56,728 nt of DNA, from IMG/VR virus record IMGVR_UViG_3300017963_000058, positions 1 to 56,728 of that record. One strand, given 5' to 3'. This document shows positions 1-9,836 of the stretch, piece by piece (position 1 is the first letter of the stretch; the number at the start of each line of letters is the position of its first letter). The DNA comes from a virus (taxonomy: Duplodnaviria; Caudoviricetes). The position numbers and the translations under genes were made by a program. The notes beneath the pieces were generated by a model. It ran no database searches. It saw only the letters and a program-made list of their open reading frames with translations, and had not been told where the DNA came from.

Positions 1-123
1 CCCAGCTATCAGGAGCAATAAAAAAATTATTGACCAAATCATAACTTACGATAATGTATTAAAACAATGCCGAATGAAACGACCCGACTTATATCACGCA
101 TTACAAAATCCAGAATATCAAGA
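1..123 (+). repeat. Direct terminal repeat, copy 1 (circular assembly overlap)
   Basis: 1-123 is identical to 56606-56728. Confidence 0.97.
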
Positions 124-184
124 CTGGTTAAAGAAATTTCTTGTTTTAATCAAGAAACGCACATTTACTTTATGAATTTTTTTT

Positions 185-238
185 TGTTAAAAATAGTAGA
201 ACCCAAGTAACATTACTTGGTTTTGACCGAGAATAACA
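185..238 (+). repeat. 54-bp palindromic site P1 (core CCAAGTAA-CA-TTACTTGG at 203-220)
   Basis: Pattern TGTTA-N6-GT(A)-N4-core-N4-GAC-N6-TAACA; same core at 10550 and 38022. Confidence 0.95.
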
Positions 239-432
239 TTTTCTTGTTTTATATTCTATTTCTTTTTATTTATTTTTAATTCTTTGAAAAATTGAATTGA
301 ATCTGATAGATCAAAATCATAGGAAATTGGATATTCATCATCAATAGATAACATTGCGGGTAAAACCATTTTATTTTTTGATTTTTTGTCTTTATTTTCA
401 GTTGTCATTTTTATCATTATATGTATATTTTA

Positions 433-3400
433 TTATTGAATATTTGGTACTGCAATAGGAAATTTAAGCAATTGTATGCATTGAAATTTATTTAACCCAT
501 AAGTAAACACAAAACTTTCGATTTTTCCTCTTGGGTCTTTTCCACGACTTATTGCTTGAAAAAAAGTAGATTTTGCGTTATAATATTCTAAATGTTTTGT
601 TAATTCGTCTATACTCATGTTTTTATCGGCTAAATTTTCTTTAAGAAATAAATCAGCTAACCATCTATGAGAATTTTTGGGGGGATATGGTGAACCAATT
701 GTAATGATAGTCCTACACTTGCTAGGCGTACCTATGGTATAAGGCGACCTAAAGTAAGTAAGAGTATGATAATCTTCGTTCTTTTTCAAAACCTTTCTCA
801 TCATTCGAGCTATTGCTATGTTTTGGCAAATTACCATAGTATTTTTATTTCCATTGTTTTTTACAAAATTTACGGCTTCTTTAAAACTCTGACTTGATTT
901 ACCCATTTTCGACACATTAATCATTTGATTATCGGGTATAACGGTTTGTTTTTTAGCCGTATTCATAGGGTCATTTATTTCCAACATTTCTATATTCGGA
1001 AATAATTTTTTGATGTCTATTGGTGGTTCTGTTGCGTCAGTACAAAAAAATTGCTTAATCTCTGCCATTTTATTGAGAAAATCAAGAAATTCTCGAATTG
1101 GTTTTGCTGGGAGTAAGTCTAATCTCAAATCGTATCTCGCTGGTGTAGTATATTGTAAATAAAACTGAGAATATTTTGCTAAAATGAGTATTTGAACAAT
1201 CGAAGTAGGATAATAATCGTGTGTTTCTGTATATTCTGTCAAGATTTTATAAATCATGAGCCAATCAGCATCAGCAGAACCTTTTTTGTTTTTTTCCTTG
1301 TTTTTTTCGTCAATTTCTCTTAAGATTCGCCATAATGGAGAATCAATTTTGAGAAACATGTTATTTTGATACAAATGTTTCCATTGTTTATGAACTCTGA
1401 GAGTTTGGTTTACAAAATCGTTTAACGAGAACCAAATCTTTTCGAGATTTCTTTTGTTTCCTTTAGCTTTATTTAACACATAAGGAGTCAATAATTCGTA
1501 TTCGTTTTTAAAATGTTTAGGAAAATTAATGTTAGGTGTAAAAGTTTGATACATAGGGTCAGATTTTCCTATAAATGCTATTCCTTCGCTTCCGACATCA
1601 AGAACGCTTGATATTTCGTCTAAGAAAATTACATCAACCGTATTAAATATTTTCTTTAAAACTCCTTTTGCTTCTTGGTCAGATGTTTTCATTAATGCGT
1701 GTATTTTAGCCGTTGTTATGTAGATTATGTCGTTTTCTTCTATATCCTCAATAGCTCTACGCCAATCGCATTTAGGTCTTTCACGATTAATTTTCTTACA
1801 ATCTTCACATTCTTTATTATATTCAGTATGGTGATCGCATATTTCCATTTGACTGTATTGACATTCTTTACAGTTTTCTTTTAACAAAAACGGGAATCTG
1901 CTTAATTCATTAGCATTAGCTATTTTATTTCCAAGTAATAAACATAATTCTTTATTTGAACCCAATCGAAACAATTTTGGGTTTTTATCTGTGAGTTTAA
2001 TGGCATCTTCTACCGTTATTTCGCAGATTCTAATGGTAGGAGCAACTACAAGAATCTTTTTGTTGTTTTCAATGGTTTCTACAATTATGTTAGTAGTCGT
2101 ACCACTTCTTGTTGTTTTTATTACATATTCTTTAGTTTGCGTTTTGCCATTAATTTTTTCAGAGAATAGTTTTCTTGCCTCAACCCAGCCACCTTTAATC
2201 CCAAAATGCTCTTCACCAGATAAAAGCATATCAGCCATTTCTATTTCTGAAATTTGTTTTGCTTTATGTCTTTCTGGACATTCAGGATAACAGAAACCCC
2301 ATTCAGCAATTTTTCTACAAGAAGAAACATAAAATCGGTTATTTCGTCTTTGTCGCATTTCCAAATCCTTACATTGAAATTCGGAAGTTTGTGGGTCAAA
2401 ATCTTTTTGACCTCTAAAAGCGTTAATTCTCGTACTTAACGGAGCTTTTAACTTGAACAGTTCGTTTGCTATACATCTACGAATATTATGACCATAACCG
2501 CCTATTGCTTGTCGATATTTTCTTACTATTTCGCCATCTTCTTCTTCTTCCCATCCCACTACTATTTTTCGTAAACAATATCGGAGTTGGTCGTAAAAAC
2601 CGTTATCGGTCATATTATCTAACGGCTTCCATTCTCCTAATTCAATTTCTCTTTTATTCCTATCGTAATAATTTTCTTTTTTTCTTATTTCTCTCATTTC
2701 TTTAACCAAATCAGTTATTTCAAAATCTTGTTGCTGGGTCAAGTCAAAATCATTATCTAAAATAATACATTCTTTTTTGTTGTTTCTGTTAATTGATAAA
2801 GGTAATTTGACAAAATTGCCTAGTCCTAACTTAAAAATACCGTTAAAAACATAAACTTGTTCGCATTTATTACAAGTTATAGTTTCTTCTTTATAATTAG
2901 TTGGAATCTGTGATGTTTCTTTACAATAAGGGCATCTTACCGTATCCGAGATTTTTGGTTGTTTGGGGAATATCTCGTCAATTTCTATGCCAAAAAATTG
3001 TAGAATTTTAGTTTTAATGTCAATGCTAAAATCATAAGCTCTTTTTAAGGTTGTCATGTCTTTTAAATTTATCCAAATATGATAACCACGACCCGAAGAT
3101 TCACGACAAATGGCATTTTTAGGTATTCTATAAAACTTTTGAATGAAATTCTCAATTTCATTGACCAAATCGCCTAACTTATCTTTTTCATCGCATTCAA
3201 TTCGGTATTTCTCTTTATAAAAATATTGAACATCGTCAATCCAAAATTCTTTATAATTATTTTTTTCATTTTCATTAGGCATGGAGATCTGTTCATATAC
3301 TATGAGTCCAGATTTACTCCAATAATAATCTAATAATTCGTTTTGGGTATTAAAAAAAGCTGAATTTTTACCTTTTTTATTTTTTTTATTTAATCTTATA

Positions 3401-3684
3401 GGATAGGAAATTCCATTCTTAATTTGTCGGGAATTCAGGACTTCTATTCCGTTTTCTAATTCAAAAGAATGCAAGTCAATATCAACGCATATCCACTTGC
3501 AACAAATCCGATTTCTTTTTCGATATATAGGATAAGAACCAATTGTAATTTCTTTATTTAAATGTTTTAAAATTAATTCCTTGTCGATTTTATTCCTTAT
3601 TACATTATATCCATTTCCATTATTATTTTGTATGGCGTATGTGCTATTATTTCCGACGAAGAACGATTTAAAATCCTTCCACAT
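433..3684 (-). CDS. AEP primase / PriL-like Fe-S domain / SF2 helicase fusion (replication protein)
   Basis: AEP motifs WICVDID, SSGRGYHIW, FPKQ...GNFVKLPL; inserted CPYC...CNKC ribbon; PriL-CTD-like CLRKI...GHNIR...SCRKI...FCYPEC; helicase motifs TTRSGTTT, VVAPT, FLDE, TDAT, QAISRG; ATG 3684 preferred over TTG 3690. Confidence 0.85.
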   Translation of the reverse strand: MWKDFKSFFVGNNSTYAIQNNNGNGYNVIRNKIDKELILKHLNKEITIGSYPIYRKRNRICCKWICVDIDLHSFELENGIEVLNSRQIKNGISYPIRLNKKNKKGKNSAFFNTQNELLDYYWSKSGLIVYEQISMPNENEKNNYKEFWIDDVQYFYKEKYRIECDEKDKLGDLVNEIENFIQKFYRIPKNAICRESSGRGYHIWINLKDMTTLKRAYDFSIDIKTKILQFFGIEIDEIFPKQPKISDTVRCPYCKETSQIPTNYKEETITCNKCEQVYVFNGIFKLGLGNFVKLPLSINRNNKKECIILDNDFDLTQQQDFEITDLVKEMREIRKKENYYDRNKREIELGEWKPLDNMTDNGFYDQLRYCLRKIVVGWEEEEDGEIVRKYRQAIGGYGHNIRRCIANELFKLKAPLSTRINAFRGQKDFDPQTSEFQCKDLEMRQRRNNRFYVSSCRKIAEWGFCYPECPERHKAKQISEIEMADMLLSGEEHFGIKGGWVEARKLFSEKINGKTQTKEYVIKTTRSGTTTNIIVETIENNKKILVVAPTIRICEITVEDAIKLTDKNPKLFRLGSNKELCLLLGNKIANANELSRFPFLLKENCKECQYSQMEICDHHTEYNKECEDCKKINRERPKCDWRRAIEDIEENDIIYITTAKIHALMKTSDQEAKGVLKKIFNTVDVIFLDEISSVLDVGSEGIAFIGKSDPMYQTFTPNINFPKHFKNEYELLTPYVLNKAKGNKRNLEKIWFSLNDFVNQTLRVHKQWKHLYQNNMFLKIDSPLWRILREIDEKNKEKNKKGSADADWLMIYKILTEYTETHDYYPTSIVQILILAKYSQFYLQYTTPARYDLRLDLLPAKPIREFLDFLNKMAEIKQFFCTDATEPPIDIKKLFPNIEMLEINDPMNTAKKQTVIPDNQMINVSKMGKSSQSFKEAVNFVKNNGNKNTMVICQNIAIARMMRKVLKKNEDYHTLTYFRSPYTIGTPSKCRTIITIGSPYPPKNSHRWLADLFLKENLADKNMSIDELTKHLEYYNAKSTFFQAISRGKDPRGKIESFVFTYGLNKFQCIQLLKFPIAVPNIQ

Positions 3685-3900
3685 AAACAAACCTATTTGA
3701 TTTTTTTAAATGAATTGAACAATATTAATTATAACTATCAGATTATTAAAGTTATTTGTTTTAAGTGTTTTTTGATAAACGATTTCGGTAAAAGTTTGAA
3801 TGTGATTTGAATTAATCTGTTAATTATAATAATTGAATTCATATTACGGGTGTATATTTTTGTAAAAACATAAAATAAAGATGTTTTAAATTCCATGAAT

Positions 3901-3935
3901 AATATATAAAAAAAAAGTATATAAAGGTATTAATT
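3901..3935 (-). promoter_or_regulatory. Archaeal promoter (TTTATATA box), near-identical to 8535-8568
   Basis: Minus strand AATTAATACCTTTATATACTTTTTTTTTATATATT, upstream of the primase-helicase gene. Confidence 0.6.
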
Positions 3936-4884
3936 ATCCCAATGATAACTGTTTTTCAGCTTTCTTTTTCTTGTTTGCTCTTCGTTGCTGTTCAGAAACC
4001 AATGTTTCTTCTTTAAACTGAATGTATTCTTTAAATTCTACATTTTCTTCTATGAATTCGCTGTCAAAAAGGTATTCTGCTAAATTTTGGTCTTCATCTT
4101 GATATGCCCAAAATGGCTTGTAAGGATGCTTCAAACAATACACTTTATAATCTCGTTCAAGCCATAGCTCGTATGAGAGTAAACCTAAAAGCCATTGTTT
4201 TGCGTCTTCTTTAGTGCCTATTATTTCGTCTTTTATGTACCAATCAGAAATACCATAGCATAAAATCAGATTTACTTTATGCTCTTTACACGCATTTATG
4301 AAAGGAAATAAGCATTGCCGAATGTAGTCTTCTACATCACCGTATTCAAATTGTTGTATTTTCTTTCGATTTGGATTTTGTTTAAACCACATGGCTTTTC
4401 CAAATTCCTTGAAAATCACGCAATTATCTATGACAACCGTTTTAAATTTACCAGATTCGATTTGTTTGATCCAAAAAGGAGTTCTTTTCATAAAATATTC
4501 TATGCTTTTTAGATAATCTGGCATGTAATTCGGTTTTAGAACTTGAAACACATAAATGTGCGTATTTGCTTTTTCATTTGAAATTTTCTTGTCGGGCATT
4601 GCCATGCCGTAATCCCAATCTTGAAACCTCGTATTAAATACCTCGTATGCCTTATTTTCGCCATCTAAATAAAGAACTTTTCCCAGTCTATTGAAACATA
4701 AAGAACGATAAGTTTTCCCAGTTCCTTGCATACCGAATAAACCAATGATTCCATGAACTTCTATCGTAGGATTCTTAGATTTACTAGTTTTTTTTGATTC
4801 TTTTGGAACTTCGTTTTTTTCGATTTCTTTTGCTTTCTTGTCGAGAGTTTCTTTTCCCGAACCGAGCATGTCTGCTAAATCCAT
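3934..4884 (-). CDS. P-loop ATPase, AAA_24/Sak4-like recombination protein
   Basis: Walker A GMQGTGKT, VLYLDGE, Walker B TVVIDN; lies next to nuclease and SSB-like genes. Confidence 0.75.
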   Translation of the reverse strand: MDLADMLGSGKETLDKKAKEIEKNEVPKESKKTSKSKNPTIEVHGIIGLFGMQGTGKTYRSLCFNRLGKVLYLDGENKAYEVFNTRFQDWDYGMAMPDKKISNEKANTHIYVFQVLKPNYMPDYLKSIEYFMKRTPFWIKQIESGKFKTVVIDNCVIFKEFGKAMWFKQNPNRKKIQQFEYGDVEDYIRQCLFPFINACKEHKVNLILCYGISDWYIKDEIIGTKEDAKQWLLGLLSYELWLERDYKVYCLKHPYKPFWAYQDEDQNLAEYLFDSEFIEENVEFKEYIQFKEETLVSEQQRRANKKKKAEKQLSLG

Positions 4885-5777
4885 TATTTTTCAATCACCT
4901 CTTTTATTGCTAATACTGTTTCGTATTCTTCATCGGTCGCTTCTTCGTTTTCTTTCATTTCCATTTTATTACCCATAAAATCATAGAGAAATTCCAAGAA
5001 AACCATCATTTCGTTGTATTTTTCAGATAATTCGTTGTATTGATGTTGGGTTATTTTTTCCGAGAGTTCAGTAGCAGATATGGTTTTTTTCTTGTCTTTC
5101 TTTTTCTTATCTTTCTTTTTTTCCGTTTTTCCATCTAACAATTCCGTAAATCCTTCGTCTTCAATTTCATAATCGGCTTGATTGAGTTGAGCTTTAGCTT
5201 TTACATACGCATCTTCACCCAAGATTTCCTTGATTTCGATTTGATTGTTCATGGCAATATAAACCAAACAAGCTCTAAAACCAATCAATCCTTTAAAGTC
5301 TTCTTTCACTTTTCTTGCTAGTTTCAAGAGCTTTTTTTCGTAAATTCCAAGAGATGTACAGATTTTTATCACGCTTTCTTTATTTGCTATAAAAATCTTT
5401 TTTTCCTTTTTATCAAATCCCATGTCGTCTAAAGTTTCTTCTTGACACCATTCGTATTCAGTTGGTAATTCTATTTCTTCGGTTTCTTCGGTTTCTTCGT
5501 ATTCTTCTGGAATCGTGCCGTTTGCTTCAAATTCCTTGACATCATCTACGGCTTCTTGAATCTCGCTTAAATACCTTGATTTCCATTCGATATACGCTTT
5601 AGTTTCGTTGGTTTTTCCACTACGCCTATAAGTTGCGTTTTTATTGGTTTCTTGCTTGTATTCTTCGTATAAAAAATCATCGGAATAAGGGTCAATAGCT
5701 TTTACTGAATCTAACGATTTTTGTGTAGATGTGTTAATCTTTTTCTTTTGTGAGCTTCCCAATTCAAATTTGACCAC
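4884..5777 (-). CDS. Acidic hypothetical protein with KxAxxxRxGxxxETKAxxEWK motif
   Basis: 297-aa ORF; SD GGTGAT 4 nt before GTG; translationally coupled to the ATPase. Confidence 0.8.
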   Translation of the reverse strand: MVKFELGSSQKKKINTSTQKSLDSVKAIDPYSDDFLYEEYKQETNKNATYRRSGKTNETKAYIEWKSRYLSEIQEAVDDVKEFEANGTIPEEYEETEETEEIELPTEYEWCQEETLDDMGFDKKEKKIFIANKESVIKICTSLGIYEKKLLKLARKVKEDFKGLIGFRACLVYIAMNNQIEIKEILGEDAYVKAKAQLNQADYEIEDEGFTELLDGKTEKKKDKKKKDKKKTISATELSEKITQHQYNELSEKYNEMMVFLEFLYDFMGNKMEMKENEEATDEEYETVLAIKEVIEK

Positions 5778-5786
5778 TTATATCAC

Positions 5787-6431
5787 CTATTCCTCTTCTC
5801 TTTTGAAATTTACTTCGGGCATGGATATGGCTAATTTCTGACCTTTTTTAACAATTTCTCCGAATTGCCAAATGTTTAAAGTGAAAGTAGGGTCGCTGTA
5901 TTTGATTCCATCTTCTTTCTCTTTAACATATTTGTTTGAATCCAAGTCTTTCCATTGCGTTTGAAGTGAACCAACAAAAACATAATAATGGTCTTTTTCG
6001 AGTTCCTTGAACATGGAAAGACTGATAAAAATTCCCATGCTTCCCATTCGGCTTTTAAATCTCATCAAAGCTCGTTTTGTGGAAATTTTATCGCCATCGT
6101 CATCATACATAAATTCGCCATCTCTATCTTTTTTGAACAGTTCTTTTGCTTTTACTGGTTCGTTGTCATCGTCATATCCAGCAGTTAAGGTATTATCGTC
6201 AGTTAAATGAATGAAAACTCCGTACCGATAACCATCATTGAAAAAATCGAAAGTATTTATCTCGTTTTCAATGATTTCTTCTTTTTCGTACAGTTTAGTT
6301 CGTTCTTTAAGGTTTAACGCTTCGTGTTGTAATGTATCCATTATAAATTTCGAGAGTTCTTCTGTATTTAAGTATCGTTTGCCGACCCTAGCGAAACTTT
6401 CGGTTAAAATAGCTAAATCTTTTAATTCCAT
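5787..6431 (-). CDS. Possible OB-fold ssDNA-binding protein
   Basis: YYVFVGSLQTQW...FTLNIWQF beta pattern; position between nuclease and ATPase; ATG 6431 follows SD AGGTGA; function inferred. Confidence 0.45.
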   Translation of the reverse strand: MELKDLAILTESFARVGKRYLNTEELSKFIMDTLQHEALNLKERTKLYEKEEIIENEINTFDFFNDGYRYGVFIHLTDDNTLTAGYDDDNEPVKAKELFKKDRDGEFMYDDDGDKISTKRALMRFKSRMGSMGIFISLSMFKELEKDHYYVFVGSLQTQWKDLDSNKYVKEKEDGIKYSDPTFTLNIWQFGEIVKKGQKLAISMPEVNFKREEE

Positions 6432-6545
6432 ATTGTTTTTCACCTTTTATTTTTTATAATTAGTTTTTAGTTTAAATTTTGTCGTTAAATTATATATTAT
6501 AAACAAGTATAAAAAGATAAGAAAAAAATTAAAATGACATGAGAG

Positions 6546-7481
6546 TTATGATTTTTTAGTTTTTAGTTCTTTTGCTTTAAATTCTGTAAATGCTTTCGTT
6601 TCTTTCCACTCGCCATCTCGTTTTATGTGAGCTTTCTTGTCGGGATATTTTTTATTGAAAGCTGTTGTTTCAAAACTGACGGGAGCTTTAAGGGATTCTG
6701 CGTACTCCGTTCCTTCAGGGCATAGAGATATGTTTGAACAATTTGGACAGTATTTATTGATTTCGCATTCTGGCATTTCGTTTTTCATTATGTGCAAGTG
6801 TAGATATTCAGCTCGTTGTCGCATTAACTTGTAAAAGAATAACGCTGTTTCTTCTTCGTAATCAATCCAAATGACTTTAACCGTTAGATTTGCTTTAAGA
6901 ACCATTATGAGCTTGACTTTTTTAAGAGGTTGTATTTGAAAATAAGTATGATTAAGGTAAAACGCATAGACTAATGCTTGAACGATATACTTGCCGTATT
7001 TGGCTTCAAAATCGTCTTGCTCTAATTTTTCGAGTATTGGCATGTATCTAGTGGTTTTTATGTCGCCCAAATCGTCTTGACTAATATCAAGTAAATCTGC
7101 TTTTCCGACTAAGCGTATAATATCTTCAAATTTCATTCCATTGTGTTCATAAGCAATTTCTATTTCATCTAATAACGGTCTTTCGATTATACAGAACCCA
7201 TATTTTTTTTCAATGAATTCTTGTATTTCTTTATGAAGTATAGAACCAATGTGAAAATTTCCGAGAGTTTCTAAGTTGGTTTCTATTTGGTTATTTATTA
7301 TTTTCAAGTAATAATCTCTCAAACAACTAAGCAACAACGAGAAATGATATTCTCCTGCTCTAAAATCGTGCCAATTGCTCTTAAATTTTTCCAAATCGAA
7401 GTATTCAGCAATATGATTGTCGTCATCGAAAGATACGGAAATAGGTTGAGAATTTATGGTAAATGTTTTTTGTATGGACAT
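6546..7481 (-). CDS. Cas4/AddB-like PD-(D/E)xK exonuclease with Fe-S cysteines
   Basis: SCLR, GSILH, GKADLL, DIKTT, QALVYA, C-terminal CPNC...C. Confidence 0.85.
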   Translation of the reverse strand: MSIQKTFTINSQPISVSFDDDNHIAEYFDLEKFKSNWHDFRAGEYHFSLLLSCLRDYYLKIINNQIETNLETLGNFHIGSILHKEIQEFIEKKYGFCIIERPLLDEIEIAYEHNGMKFEDIIRLVGKADLLDISQDDLGDIKTTRYMPILEKLEQDDFEAKYGKYIVQALVYAFYLNHTYFQIQPLKKVKLIMVLKANLTVKVIWIDYEEETALFFYKLMRQRAEYLHLHIMKNEMPECEINKYCPNCSNISLCPEGTEYAESLKAPVSFETTAFNKKYPDKKAHIKRDGEWKETKAFTEFKAKELKTKKS

Positions 7482-7521
7482 AAATATTATATGAAAAAAA
7501 GATATAAAAAGTTATTAAAAT

Positions 7522-7615
7522 TTGTGGATAAGGGTCAGAGGGAGTGTCTGACCCGTTATCCAGCCGTTTTGGTGGTATGGTTTTCTGAGTATGAAAAACG
7601 ATTCAATGCCAGATA
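7522..7615 (-). ncRNA. Candidate small structured RNA
   Basis: GC-rich hairpin GGATAAGGGTCAGA/TCTGACCCGTTATCC; upstream TTTAAATA box (7636-7643); no useful ORF. Confidence 0.35.
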
Positions 7616-7647
7616 CCCATAAAATTGACAAAGACTATTTAAAGGTA

Positions 7648-7974
7648 CTATTTTTTTAATTGCCGTCTGTGAGAAGTCAAGTCGATTTGTAATAGCAAGT
7701 TCCTAAAAAATTCAATTGGTATTTCGTCTTTATGAATCTCGGCTATTTCAAAAACCTTAGAGATTAACTGAGATTTGTTTAAAGTTCGGTTTACTTTAAA
7801 ACTCTTGTCTTCGTGTTCAGTAGTTTTTCTTTTGGGTTTAACTTGTATGTAATCGGTTGTATTTTCTGCTATTTTAGGACTTTCGTAAGAATCTATAATT
7901 GAATCAAGGTTCTTCGCATTCTTAATAATTTCTTCTTTTTCTTCTTTTTCTTTCAGTTTTTTTAGAAAGCTCAT
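7648..7974 (-). CDS. Hypothetical protein
   Basis: 108-aa ORF overlapping the upstream gene by ATGA. Confidence 0.75.
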   Translation of the reverse strand: MSFLKKLKEKEEKEEIIKNAKNLDSIIDSYESPKIAENTTDYIQVKPKRKTTEHEDKSFKVNRTLNKSQLISKVFEIAEIHKDEIPIEFFRNLLLQIDLTSHRRQLKK

Positions 7975-8486
7975 TGGAATCCTAACCTTTTGTTTGTTTG
8001 TTCTATTTTATCTAAATCTTTTATTTCCGTATCCATAAAAGCAATAAACTCTTTTACGGACATAGCGTTTTTATTTTCATAATGGTTTGCTATTGCTTTA
8101 AAAAACTCGTTATACATTTTGTAGCATTCCGAGATATTGCTCATTTCTTTGTATAAATTCTCTACAATTTCGTTATTTGTGTTGTTATCTTCTATTGATG
8201 GTATATTATCTGATAATATACATTTTCTACATACGAGAGCAAGAAATTTCCCCGTTTTTTTATCCGATTTAAATACGAGATTATTTTGCGAACCACAACT
8301 ATAACAAGACAATCTCTCGTTTTCGATTCTTGGTTCATAAACCAATAATTTGAATTTTTTTGCGTATGTAGAGATTAAAGCAGGAGTTTTTCCGATTTCC
8401 CTAGCAATATCGGCTTGGGTTTTCCAATCAAAAAATATGGCATTTAACACATCGTCATTATTTTTAATTTTCCAAATTTCATTCAT
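7971..8486 (-). CDS. HTH plus Zn-ribbon DNA-binding protein
   Basis: TQADIAREIGKTPALISTYAKK HTH; CYSC...CRKC. Confidence 0.75.
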   Translation of the reverse strand: MNEIWKIKNNDDVLNAIFFDWKTQADIAREIGKTPALISTYAKKFKLLVYEPRIENERLSCYSCGSQNNLVFKSDKKTGKFLALVCRKCILSDNIPSIEDNNTNNEIVENLYKEMSNISECYKMYNEFFKAIANHYENKNAMSVKEFIAFMDTEIKDLDKIEQTNKRLGFQ

Positions 8487-8507
8487 TTTCTTCACAAATT
8501 TTTTTTA

Positions 8508-8536
8508 TTAAATTAATTTAATTTAACTTAATTTAA
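8508..8536 (+). repeat. TTAA-periodic element, copy 1
   Basis: TTAAATTAATTTAATTTAACTTAATTTAA, related to copies at 24315, 38144 and 42655. Confidence 0.6.
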
Positions 8537-8568
8537 TATATAAAAAAAAGTATATAAAGATATTAATT
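8535..8568 (-). promoter_or_regulatory. Archaeal promoter, near-identical to 3901-3935
   Basis: Minus strand AATTAATATCTTTATATACTTTTTTTTATATATT. Confidence 0.6.
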
Positions 8569-8580
8569 TTTCATCACCTT

Positions 8581-9459
8581 TTAATTTTCTTTAAAGAATC
8601 TTATTTTATATTCAAAATCTTTATCCAATTTCTCGTTTTTTATCTGCAAAAATATGCTGTTTGAAGTTTTTTTCTTGTTAATCTGTGGATTATTAAAAAC
8701 GGCTTTTGTCATTAAATCTTTTACGGAATTGACTTTTAGTCGATTTTTCAATTTTCTCTTATCTAATAACTGATTTACCGATTTATATAACAAGAAATTG
8801 ATTAAAATTGTTGGATTACAACCATAGGATAACTTAAACCTAATCAAATCGTAATAGTTTTTCACTATGCGATAAAACTTCATTTTCTCCTGTTTTGTCA
8901 TATAATCGCATTTCTCTTCGATGGTTTTTGAGATATACCAATAGTATTTCCTTACACTTAACTGTTTTAAATTTTCCATTTGTAACGGTTTAAAAAAGGT
9001 TTTTTTATCGGTAAAAGAATCAATAACTTCTTTCAATTCGGTATAAGTTATAGGTAAATCTTGTTTACTCGTAATCGTGTACAAGAGATTGTAGATTTCC
9101 GTTATGTGTTTTGGTTTTTTCGATTCTATTTCTCTTGTAATGTTTTTCTTTAGATTTGGATTGATGTTAAGTCTTCCTAATATGAGTTGTAACCTTAAAT
9201 ATTGGAACGGAGTTAATGGTTTGTCGTTTAACTCCGCATGATAATTTATTTTTAGCATTCTATAAAATTGAGAATTTTTAGGAAATTTCATATAACTTGC
9301 TTTTTTTAACATTTTTAATATTTCTAATTCATTTTCACTTAATTTCGAAATAATCTCTTGATTTTTGTTGTTATAATGGATTGCTCTTTTACTAAAGCCA
9401 CAATTACGGCACACAGAATAGCCCGATTCGGTTTTAAAATCGTGTTCTTTACAATCCAT
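8581..9459 (-). CDS. Divergent TFB/TFIIB-like protein (N-terminal Zn ribbon, helical body)
   Basis: N-terminus MDCKEH...GYSVCRNCG resembles the TFB zinc ribbon; 292 aa; basic and helical. Confidence 0.5.
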   Translation of the reverse strand: MDCKEHDFKTESGYSVCRNCGFSKRAIHYNNKNQEIISKLSENELEILKMLKKASYMKFPKNSQFYRMLKINYHAELNDKPLTPFQYLRLQLILGRLNINPNLKKNITREIESKKPKHITEIYNLLYTITSKQDLPITYTELKEVIDSFTDKKTFFKPLQMENLKQLSVRKYYWYISKTIEEKCDYMTKQEKMKFYRIVKNYYDLIRFKLSYGCNPTILINFLLYKSVNQLLDKRKLKNRLKVNSVKDLMTKAVFNNPQINKKKTSNSIFLQIKNEKLDKDFEYKIRFFKEN

Positions 9460-9464
9460 ATTTA

Positions 9465-9836
9465 TTATCTCAATTTATCAATTACTTCTTTTAGTTCTAT
9501 ATAATCGTTAGTTTCAAATATGCTATTCTTTCTAATGGTATCTATTCTTAAATTAACTCTTTTTCCGTATGTGTTGAAACTGTATTTTTTAAGCAAATGA
9601 GAACTCCTGAGAATGTAGAATTCTTCGTTTAACAAGCAAAAAACAACATATTTAGATTCTTCTAATTGTCTTTTTCTTACTTTAAACCATTGAGCTTCTT
9701 TCTTTTCAGAAAAACATTCTTTAAATTCTATGCTAATGTTATTTGGATTATAATAATCTACTCCCCGATTTGATATTGGGAAATAATCTCGTAATTCTAA
9801 TGAATGCTCACTTCTATATCCGTTTTCGTATGTCAT
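9465..9836 (-). CDS. Small PD-(D/E)xK-like nuclease
   Basis: GVDY...SIEFKEC motif. Confidence 0.5.
   Translation of the reverse strand: MTYENGYRSEHSLELRDYFPISNRGVDYYNPNNISIEFKECFSEKKEAQWFKVRKRQLEESKYVVFCLLNEEFYILRSSHLLKKYSFNTYGKRVNLRIDTIRKNSIFETNDYIELKEVIDKLR

Noticed and set aside
1-123. 123-bp repeat as a biological terminal repeat of a linear genome
   Set aside because: It falls in the middle of an ORF that reads through the junction, which fits an assembly overlap of a circular or permuted molecule
3934-4884. Genome-packaging ATPase
   Set aside because: Motifs and context (nuclease, SSB-like gene, primase) fit an AAA_24/Sak4-type recombination ATPase rather than an FtsK/A32 or terminase enzyme
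6546-7481. CRISPR-Cas system
   Set aside because: The Cas4-like gene is solo in a recombination module; I saw no repeat-spacer array or other cas genes, and the palindromes are dispersed rather than arrayed
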